The notes under the pieces are model-generated. The model did not search any database, was not told where the DNA came from, and saw only the letters and a list, made by a program, of their open reading frames with translations. Of a DNA stretch of 20,000 nt, positions 11,099 through 20,000 are shown piece by piece. The DNA comes from Basidiobolus ranarum. Lineage: Eukaryota. Location of the stretch: positions 48,064 to 68,063 of the forward strand of contig JASJQH010000005.1 in assembly GCA_040143965.1 (NCBI GenBank), in the 5' to 3' direction. How positions within the stretch are numbered: position 1 is the first letter of the stretch; every line of letters begins with the position of its first letter. A program made the translations under genes and the position numbers.

Positions 11099-12332
11099 AT
11101 GTTAAAATTATCTCTTTTGTGGACCCACTTACCACTTCTATTGTTAAGCAAGCCAATTACTGCATCACTATCACATTCCGAACAGCCCAGTTGTATAAGT
11201 TTGAAAGACTCTACTTTTTGTCGTGGTGCCTTTGGTAAATATTTCATATCAAATGAAACTTGGATTGCCGGGAATTCAGCTAGTAGTATACAAGTATTCG
11301 ACCGTATGTTGAGTTATTACTTTGGATCACAAACCGATGTCCACGAAATCGACACCCGCTTTCATTGTACTAATGGACCGGGATGGGACGGTATATATGA
11401 GCCACCTTATAGAGTTAGCCATACCTGTATATCCATCTTAAATCAGGTTCCTTCGAAAGCTTGTAATGTTAATAACCCAGTTCCACCCCTTTGTAAGTCG
11501 GCTTGTTTAGCTTATGCTGACGGTTGGGCGGTGCTGATAAAAAATCAGACTGCGTGTCCGGCTCCACAAAAAGAAGTGAACTACTTGCTGAGTACACTAT
11601 ATGATGGGTGTGAACAATATCCATACAATGGTGCTGAAGGTAACTGCATATCTGGATATGAAGATGATGGTAGTGTTTGTGGTAAGTTTACAAATTCCGT
11701 TAGTAGCCCCATGGACCGATATTAACTTGAATTCATGTTATTAAGGATTCTCCTTACCGGAAGGACTTGATTCATTATGCACATTTTGTAACTCTTCGGA
11801 TAATCCTTGTTGTCAAACTGAAACCGCTTTGTCCTGTCCTGGACGCTCCAACGCAGGTAGAAAGAGCCATATTAGCACGGCGGCGCTAGTATGCTCAATT
11901 GTGTTTGGATGTTTGGGCGGGATTCTTTTGATTGTCTTAGGTATCTTCTTTTATAAAAGAAGGAAGAAATCCAAGCAATTGAATATTACCAAAATCGAAG
12001 ATTCTTCAATATCAGAATCTTTTTCCACAGCTCACTTGAATACTGCCGTGCAATCGGTGTCTGAATACGTGTGTAAGTTTCCCTATAACCCAGCTCTATC
12101 CGATGAGCTTTTGTTGGAAGTTGGAGATGTTATAACCATTATGTGGATATTCAACGATGGTTGGGGGGTTGGTAAAAACCAAACTCGCGGTGAAGAAGGA
12201 GCATTTCCTATGGCTTGTGTGACTACAAAGCAAATCGATAACTTGGAGGATTTCAACGCCTCAACCATCACTAACCGGATCCCACGTAGAGTATCATCCA
12301 AACGGATATCGAATAGAGATCAATCGGCTTAG
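11099..12332 (+). CDS. Single-pass membrane protein: signal peptide, Cys-rich ectodomain, TM helix, cytosolic SH3; 2 exons, ~389 aa
   Basis: Exons 11099-11681 and 11746-12332. Intron 11682-11745 (GTAAGT...AAG, 64 nt) joins SVC to GFSLPEG in frame. Hydrophobic N-terminus, many Cys, TM segment ALVCSIVFGCLGGILLIVLGIFFY followed by KRRKK. SH3: FPYNPALSDELLLEVGDVITIMWIFNDGWGVG...EGAFPMACV. Confidence 0.88.
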
Positions 12333-12480
12333 GTTAGAATATACATAGATATACAAAGATTGGGAATGTTCAAATTCCCATAATTACTCTCATCCAATCC
12401 CTTGCTCATTATAAATATTTTTCATGGAATTTAAACTATGTTGCATCGATTTACAAGTTTATTTTGAATATTCTTAAGGC

Positions 12481-13156
12481 TTACTTGCCATAGTAGTACA
12501 TCATGGATGGGTTACGAGTGTTGGCAGGATTTAATGCAAAATGACCAGATGTTTGCACGTATTGTTGAATGACATTACAATTACAGTTTCTATGAGCTAA
12601 TAGTTGCCCTTTCAGTTGCAACACTTCCTCCTTCAGTTGACCGACCATCATGTGTAATGATTTATTGCGATCGGTCACTTCCTCTGACTTCATTTCGAGT
12701 TCCTGCATCCACACCTTCTTTTTTTGTCGGCATTTCGATGCTACAATTGGATGTTAGATTTAATTATCGAAGATCTGATTATCCACCATTAGATGATTAT
12801 TTACCAGCCATTCTGTTCCGCTCTAGGAATTTCTTTCTTTTCTCCTCCGAGTCATCGTTGTTGCTGGAGTTCCTTCTTTTATGTGAATATGGATTGTTGG
12901 TATCTTCTGAGTCATTGGAGCTATCATCATTTTGAGATTGGGATGTCCTGTTTAGAGGTTGATCCTGTTCTTGATCATGTGATTTGGTGTAGTTCATGTA
13001 GGAATCAGATGGAAAGGGATTTTTTTGGAAACTTTGTTCGAAAGGATTCGACTCAGGGTTGAGTTTGTATTCACCACATTCCATCAAGAATCTAGTGGGA
13101 GTCGGTAAAGCTGTTTCCGCGAGATTATCGCGTCCAGGCATGCTTGAGCGATCCAT
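12481..13156 (-). CDS. atf1: ATF/CREB-family bZIP transcription factor (Atf1/ATF2-like), 2 exons, ~203 aa
   Basis: Exons 13156-12805 and 12740-12481. Removing intron 12804-12741 (GTAAAT...TAG, 64 nt) restores the basic region EEKRKKFLERNRMAASKCRQKKK, followed by a leucine zipper and LLAHRNC. N-terminal PTPTRFL and NPFEQSF motifs. The symbol is a family-level call. Confidence 0.9.
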
Positions 13157-13869
13157 ACTGATTAGAGCGTAATCTATTCGAATAGTTCCAGTGGTTAAAT
13201 ACGGTTATTACTTAAAAAGCCTTTCTGGACAGAAAAAAGAGACGGTCCAATTGTAACTAACTCTATATTCAATGTCAAATAACTTCGAGGCACGTCTGGA
13301 GAGATATAACGTGTGAGTGTTTAGGACAAGTACACCGAAATAAAGAAAAGGGAAGAGTATTGCTTTTTAATATATATCACTTTAATAGAGAGAGTTATAC
13401 AATTCCACTTTACAGTTTCTCTTCTGGTACGTTTTATACTGGGAAAGAGGGTTGCATTTATTACGAAAACGGCCCACTTTCATGGTTAATGATGACTGAT
13501 AAGGAACTGATTTTCTTTCCAATTATGTTCATGAGTCTATGTTACTCAAACACACGGGTAAACCATTTCCAGGGTAACTGTGTGTTTCAAACCGGTTGAA
13601 TCCATTTTAACTGGTTCTTCTTACTCCTTTAGAAGCTACTCCGCCTACCCTTGACTTGTACTTTGGTAGCTTGCTGTCAGTTCTTAGCAAATCCAAGAAA
13701 CGCGTAAACTCCATGGTCTCATACTGGCCATTTTGAAAACCAATGATGCAGCTGATTACAGAATAAAAGTCAATAGCTGCTTAGCTTAGTACCTTTAAAC
13801 ATTGAATTGTTGCTCCAATCGCGAAAAATGAACCTGTATTAAACCAATTGTGAGTTTCTTACATCTAAC

Positions 13870-13942
13870 TGACATCATTTTATTCCTTTTACCCTCCGTT
13901 CAATCTAATTATGAAACTAGCATGACATCATATGATGTAATG
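13870..13942. promoter_or_regulatory. Cluster of CRE/ATF-like sites in the divergent atf1/NBP2 intergenic region
   Basis: TGACATCA at 13870-13877 and 13923-13930, TGATGTAA at 13933-13940. 13921-13942 (CATGACATCATATGATGTAATG) is a 22-bp palindrome with one mismatched pair. Confidence 0.5.
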
Positions 13943-14313
13943 ATACTCTACTAATCTTTGTTGGAGATATTTGCAGTATTGCCAGCTAATCGAATTACTG
14001 TTCTTGGTCAGTTAATTTAGAGGTTTACTGCTACGATTCCATCGAAGCTTCACAGAAGAAATACCTTTTAGCACGTGACTAGGATAACCATCATCACTTC
14101 ATATAACCATTTATTGGAATAATCATAAATCGATTATATTATGCATTTAATACAAGCTATGATTAAAATACCATTCCTGGCTTGACTAGCCCTTCTTATT
14201 GTAACAGGAACTATTTGGCTGCACGTTTTCCCCGTTCTTTTAAGGGTTTGAGAGCATTCACGAAATAACCAGCACACCTAAATACTAAACTATATAAAGA
14301 AACTCATCCAAAT

Positions 14314-15011
14314 ATGACCCATCTTCGTAATGAAAACGTCCAAGTAACAAACGACCGGTCAACTTTTACTTTTGAAAAAAGTACATACCACCTTTTTTTA
14401 ATTCAACCAAGAACTTTCTTCTAAATACATTTCCGAAAAATATAGAGTCGAAAGAAAATGAAGTAGACTCTCCTTTTAAATCATCCACCGTAAAAGAGGG
14501 AAACCAAAGTATTGCGAAAACAGACTCACATAATGATTTTAAAGTTGACCAGGTTCGTCTTATCAGTTGAATCTTTATTTTCCTTTTGTTTTCGGTTTGA
14601 ATGAGTACATCGACTAAGACGAGGCTCATCATTCGACCAATATAGGGATTTTCCTCCTCGTCCTCTTCAGGAGAAACTACAGGTTCACGCTCAAAATTGT
14701 CTTTCATCTTTGATAGCTGTAATTCTAAACTCCACTTCCTTGTAGATCTAAAAATCCGAGACTTTGCATTTGGTCACTCAGATCCTAGACATTGGGGTGA
14801 ATATGGCAAAGACGTGGATATAGGCAGTCAAGGCTTATCTAAAGCGATAGCTCTGTATGATTTTGAAGCAGAGAATCCAAGCGAGTTGAGTTTTATGCAA
14901 GATGATATACTTACTATTCAGCATAAGCAATGTGCGGGTTGGTTAGTTGGATTTAAAGTGGAGGAAAAGGTTGGATTAATACCAGAAAGTTTTGTTCGAT
15001 TTATCAACTGA
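14314..15011 (+). CDS. NBP2: Nbp2/Skb5-like SH3 adaptor protein, probably 3 exons, ~179 aa (5' exons uncertain)
   Basis: The last exon (14646-15011) encodes IRDFAFGHSDPRHWG, resembling the yeast Nbp2 Ptc1-binding motif as I recall it (IKDYAY...PLHYG). It is followed by an Nbp2-type SH3: AIALYDFEAENPSELSF...GWLVG...GLIPESFV. Proposed exons 14314-14380, 14446-14552 and 14646-15011, with introns GTACAT..TAG (65 nt, weak donor) and GTTCGT..TAG (93 nt). TATATAAA at 14291 lies very close to the proposed ATG, so the start is uncertain. Confidence 0.8.
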
Positions 15012-15709
15012 GTTGCGATATCTTGAACTACGTGTAGACAACACGTACATGCAAATTCCTGAATACTATATCATGAACTTTCTTACTTATTATCCAAACA
15101 TTACATACAGTGCTTACCTTCATATACCAACCTGTATTGAATAATGTCTATTGCATTCATTCCTTTCCTCTCTCCCTATCTCTTTAAGGAGATCTTATTT
15201 TTTTATAGAGATTCAACGTATTTACGTCCATTCATTCATAGTTCCCGTCCTCTTCATCATTGTTCTTTTCTCCGTATCTTCCATGTATCATAAATGCTTC
15301 GATAGCAGAAAATGGTGAAATGTACTAGATGTGCTTGTCAACTCAATTAGTGTATCCTCGTCTATTCTTATCTTGATCAGTGTTGTTATTGCCAAAGAGT
15401 GAAGAGATACCTGCTTTCTACACAATACATTATCATTGTCCACCCTAAATTATGTCTTCTAAATGTTACTGAAATCTGGATGAAGTTGAAAATAGGAACA
15501 ATATTTTATAAGTGCATCCATTTCCACATACAGAGGAGTAGTAGTAGCAAGAACCATTGATATGGATAGTATATGTATCGATTGTATTTTTATTACTATC
15601 TCGTAGGTAGGATTCATATTTGAATGATTGCTCTGTACATAAATGATTTTGAAAGTTATACTGAGGAATTATTAACACGGTTTAGTGATTAAATTTATCA
15701 AATGAACCA

Positions 15710-17355
15710 TTAATCTTTATGTTCCAAAATTTCGCGCTCGGGATCTACTATCATTCTCTTCTCCCCTCTTAGAGGATGGTTGTATAGTTCGGGGGAAAAT
15801 TTATCGTTTATCTTCTTGCTTGAGCAAGCCACGGCGATACCAAAGATGGAAACGAGTACATGGCCAATACCTAGAAGTAGGAAAGGTGCTCCATACATCC
15901 AGGCATCAAATAAGTAGCCGCCTAATCTGGAAACAATTACGATAGCAATAGCCCCAAAGAAACTGTAAGCACTAGCTACGCTACCACGAATTTCTGGTGA
16001 TACATATGGCCCATTGACGATGGCCATACCAGTGATGATCATACCAATTTGCCCAACACCAATAAGACAAGCCCAGACAAGATTAATGTCATTGTATGGT
16101 GAATTAGTAAAGGCAAATGGTAAACAACCAATCGCACCAACCACTCCACCAATAGAAGTAACAATCGCTTTGTTCAAATAATCACTACCAATACCAAAGA
16201 ATGGTGCAGCAATAAGTGACCAAGTTTGCGCCAAACCAGTCAATAGCTCAGCTTGGCCTACTGCATTACTACAGGTTACACCATAGCATTGTCCTAGATC
16301 ATCAAAGTAGTGCTTGACCCAAAGGGCGACGAAAGTGGAGAAAATTACTGTGTCAGCACGTGCCTGAATGGGTATCAGATGGATTAGATATACGTGAACG
16401 AAAAAAATGGTTTTTATCAATTTGAAACTCTACCACAAAACTGGTTGCGTAACCGAGAGCCACTCTGGGATCTTTGCCAGCCTTGAAACCTCTCAAAAGA
16501 AGCTGAAAGTGACTTTTGCGAGGAGGAGCTAAAGGATCTCTGCTTCTATAATGAATCCCAAATCCTCCTCCTACTTCGTTCACACGAGGTAAAGTGAAGA
16601 AAAAGAGGATCGCTATAAACATTGTACATCCTCCAACTATGCCAAAAGCAAGTTTTTCGCTTAGAAGTTCATCACGTTTGGCCACGTAGAAAAGTTTACT
16701 GGGTACATCCATCAGGAAGAACGCAGAAAATACAGCACCTATTATTAATATTTTGACGATAAATAAAAGATAGCTGAAATTTTGATAAAACGACAGGCTT
16801 TGTCATACCAAGACCAGAGCAGAGGCCAGTTATACCAGCGACGCGCCCACCTCTAGTACCTACAATGATATCTCCCAGCATTGCAGTCATCATAGATGTT
16901 GTACCACTGGTACCAAGAGAGAAAAGCAAACGTAGCAGCAACAACTCTGGATAAAGGTTCTTTGCTTGTGGATAGAGAGCAACCGATAGTCCTACTAAAA
17001 AAAAGGCGATGGAGTAGACAGGGCGTCTACCGACTCTATCAGATAAGGGTCCCCAGACTGTCACCATTACAATGGCTAACAACTCGTCATATAATGCGAG
17101 AGAGCCCGTTACATTTCCACTTGAATCTTTATAGCCGAGAAAGTAAATAATGGAAGATTGACCAGCACTGAGAAACACGATAAGAGCAATAGCACCAAAT
17201 ACTGCAACCAGGAAGGCGAAAAAATTTATATGAGTGACTTTCGGATGTACTGGGAAAAGCCAGAAAACAACCTTCTGTGGTTTCGTGGTTTTAGTGATAT
17301 GAGTAGTAGAATCATCTACTGATTCTTTCGTTTCGGGAAAGGACTTCGGAGACAT
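15710..17355 (-). CDS. Major facilitator superfamily transporter, substrate unknown, 3 exons, ~501 aa
   Basis: Exons 17355-16809, 16738-16434 and 16363-15710. Two 70-nt introns (GTATGA..TAG and GTAGAG..CAG) join the three ORF fragments in frame. MFS motif A (WGPLSDRVGRRPV), RLLFSLG, PEIRGSVASAYSFFG and many hydrophobic helices. Confidence 0.92.
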
Positions 17356-19777
17356 ATTCCACTGAACTAATTCAAGTAATTTGTAGAGACGGTAATGCTG
17401 TCCTTTATATAAAAAAAGCTCTACCAAGTCGGCATAAGCGGAAAATAAGCTTTATTAGATCCGGATAGTTATGGAATTACATTGGACACAGTGGTAATAA
17501 TTAATCAGTGTAGTTGCTTATTCAAGGAAGTCTTGAAAGAAAACCATCAGATAAATGTTGAAATATTTTATCTGATTTGATGGGTGTAACGGTGGAATTT
17601 CATGTTAAGCTCTACACACTGCATTAGTGTAACCGTTGGTTGTGCTAAAAAAAGATACTCCAGCGAATTGTCCGTTGATCCTGGTGCAGGAAAATGGGGC
17701 TATTTTTCCGCATCAGTTTGTAAGCCAGCCAGCACTATCTCTCTATAGCATCGTTACCCCCACCAAGATCGCTAACAGGAAATTCTCCACTTATATGCAC
17801 CTCAGACATGTTGAACTAATTTGAACAAAATCCCCTCTTTGTACTGCTTTCCTATTTACACCACTTAGTGAAGAGTTATTACTCATATTTGGCAATCTGC
17901 TTCAATAAGAAGAGTAGCATCATTAAAGTATTCTAGAGCCACGCCTTCAAAATGTTCTTTAGAATCGTCATTTATCTCAATTCCAATATCAGATGATCAG
18001 ATAATCACTTGTTTTTATATATAAATTAGATCAGATACTACTCAGAGTTTGGTGACGAATATGTTAATGAAACTGTGTCACTAAGAATTACTTGTAATGG
18101 CAGCAGCAGCTGGCAGTAGGAGTTCTCGATTGGCTAGTCAGTTGCGTGTACTGGACTGTTATGGACACATCGGAAAATCGCCTTGCTTAATTAAAACTCC
18201 CCAGTGAGAACTCCAGGTTTACTTCTCTATCAAAATCACAACCAACCCCATTAATACTTTTCTTCGTTGTGAATATTGGGGGAAATTAAGGGAAATCAAT
18301 AGGATACTTGAATGGTGTGAATAGTAAATGCGTGAATATTATTCAATCTGATATCATTTGCAGATCAAGATAAGCAATGATAGTTGCTGCAGAATAATCA
18401 GTACTAGGTTATCAGATTTTGTGTAGTGTCAGACTCTACCAAGGCCCAATATAGCTTTCATAGCCAAATACGTTGAAACATACGCTTGCATGGTGCAGAG
18501 TTAGAGAAGATTTGCGAGTGGCATTTGCTAACATCAATCCGCATGTTCTTTGAGATACATAGGGTCAGGGTTAGGCCTAAGGGTACATAATACAATAAGC
18601 AATGAGTTACATACTAGCAATAAGTTATATACTAGCATTGTCAGTAAGTGCTTAGTTTGAGTGTAAACTTGATGACATCACCTATAACTTCTATACCGAG
18701 TGCATATTGCCAATCATGGCTGATTAAATAAGATTTACTTGTTTATTGGATGTACATTTCCTTGCTTAGAGTTTTTTACGCTATTTTTACATTTGTTTGA
18801 GGATCCAATTGGCAGTTCAAGTTGTGCCACTGGTTAGCATGAACATGAGAAGGTTATAATGGTTATAGTGATATGAATGCTTATAGTGATATCGATACCA
18901 ATTAAATCTCTGCAATTTGGCGAACATACTCAGGCTTATCAGATAAAAATTATTTGTTCTTCAAACTAGCACATGTACAGTTAAGCTGAATTTCGAGACC
19001 GCTACTTAAAGAGATGAGAATTAACAACAAGTATAGTTCTCAATTGGAGTAACTAAAGGGTGCAGAGACAATATTTTCTGCTGTCGTAACAACTATTGGA
19101 GTTGGTCATTTGAGGATATAACAGCTATATTGATATTACTAGTAGTACCAGTGCCGAGCTAGTATTTTTAATCAACACATGAATGACCCAATCTAAACCT
19201 GTTATGAGTAAGAAGAGTGTTTAAAGAAATCCACATGATTATCAAATTATTTTGGACTGGTTTATCTGATTCAAGCATTTGTATCTAATACTAGAGTAGA
19301 TTCTTAAACAGTAGACGCATGTTTTTCTTATTGATTAGCTCTGTAATCTAATTCCTAGTAAAGGTATTCTTAGATATACAGCGACTCTCTTATGCTTTTA
19401 TGAAGATTTGAACCATTTCATGGTGAAATTAACATAGCCTAAACATATATATAGTCACATACAGCTTAGTATTTAGTTACTCCATATTGAACAAAGATAT
19501 CATCTCAAGAGGAATTTGTTTAGAAGTTTGAAGATATATACATTTTGAGAACTTATCCTAGACGCCCCAAACTTTGCACACATGTCCCTGGGACCTTCAT
19601 GAACATATTCCACATGTTTTTTTTGTTTACCCTTTGACAAAACTATAAATGTCAACTTTCCACTCCATAAATCAATAAGTAAAAGACACCAATTCTTCTA
19701 GTTGCAAAAGGTTACTATGTCTTAATTAGTTCTATTTCATAACTCCCACATCAGACTTCTAGGGTTTAAAAGAGAGC

Positions 19778-20000
19778 ATAGCTGCCATCGGTGTTGAATA
19801 CAACTTGTTAGAGAAACCTAAAGGTGAACTCCATTCTCTCGAAGAGCCTAAACTTACGGGCTGGCATCTCCGTGCCATTATTGTTGCCGGAATTTGGCTT
19901 TTTCACCGACGCCTACGTTATATTTATCATTAACTTGGCTGTACCAATGATGGGATATGTGTACTATAGTAATAACAATAACAAGATCCCCAAGCAATAT
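19778..20000 (+). pseudogene. PHO84: PHO84-like inorganic phosphate:H+ symporter, 5' part, apparently inactivated (continues beyond window)
   Basis: One frame gives ...LEEPKLTGWHLRAIIVAGI. After skipping one T near 19893-19895 it continues GFFTDAYVIFIINLAVPMMGYVYY, the Pho84/PHT1 TM1 signature (AGxGFFTDAYD). The unshifted frame stops at TAA 19931. The expected start reads ATA (19778), and the conserved DAYD reads DAYV. Confidence 0.8.

Noticed and set aside
14366-14707. 113-aa minus-strand ORF with an acidic stretch
   Set aside because: Antisense to the NBP2-like exons and introns. The acidic run mirrors the poly-Ser codons on the + strand.
19193-19215. TTATGAGTAAG resembling the 5' end of U12 snRNA (and GTGTAGTATC near 4955 resembling U2)
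   Set aside because: Only 10-11 nt matches, with no Sm site or other snRNA structure around them.
19890-19935. Programmed ribosomal frameshift in the PHO84-like gene
   Set aside because: No recognisable slippery site or stimulator. The lost ATG and the D>V change point to decay instead.
1954-20000. PHO-pathway cluster (Pho85 cyclin plus PHO84)
   Set aside because: The genes are ~17 kb apart with unrelated genes between, and the cyclin looks Pcl5/Clg1-like rather than Pho80-like.

Overview
AT-rich eukaryotic (fungal) genomic DNA with short GT-AG introns, mostly 57-70 nt. The gene style suggests an early-diverging fungus (Mucoromycota/Zoopagomycota-like; inference only). I rebuilt the spliced genes by hand from the ORF fragments. 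In order they are: a Pho85-type (Pcl5/Clg1-like) cyclin, a CLPTM1-family membrane protein, an F-box-like protein, glutaminyl-tRNA synthetase, a Cys-rich-ectodomain/TM/SH3 protein, an Atf1/ATF2-like bZIP factor, an Nbp2-like SH3 adaptor, an MFS transporter and, at the right edge, a damaged PHO84-like phosphate transporter. Main points of interest: (1) a possible stress-MAPK micro-cluster, with ATF1 and NBP2 head-to-head around a CRE-like palindrome and a TM-SH3 gene next door; (2) a small fungal bZIP that keeps the animal ATF2 'PTPTRFL...PFExxF' MAPK module; (3) a PHO84 copy with three lesions and a cluster of CACATG E-box variants upstream; (4) a telomere-motif tandem repeat and palindromes upstream of GLN4; (5) a candidate structured ncRNA. 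No rRNA, tRNA, CRISPR array or intact mobile element was recognised.
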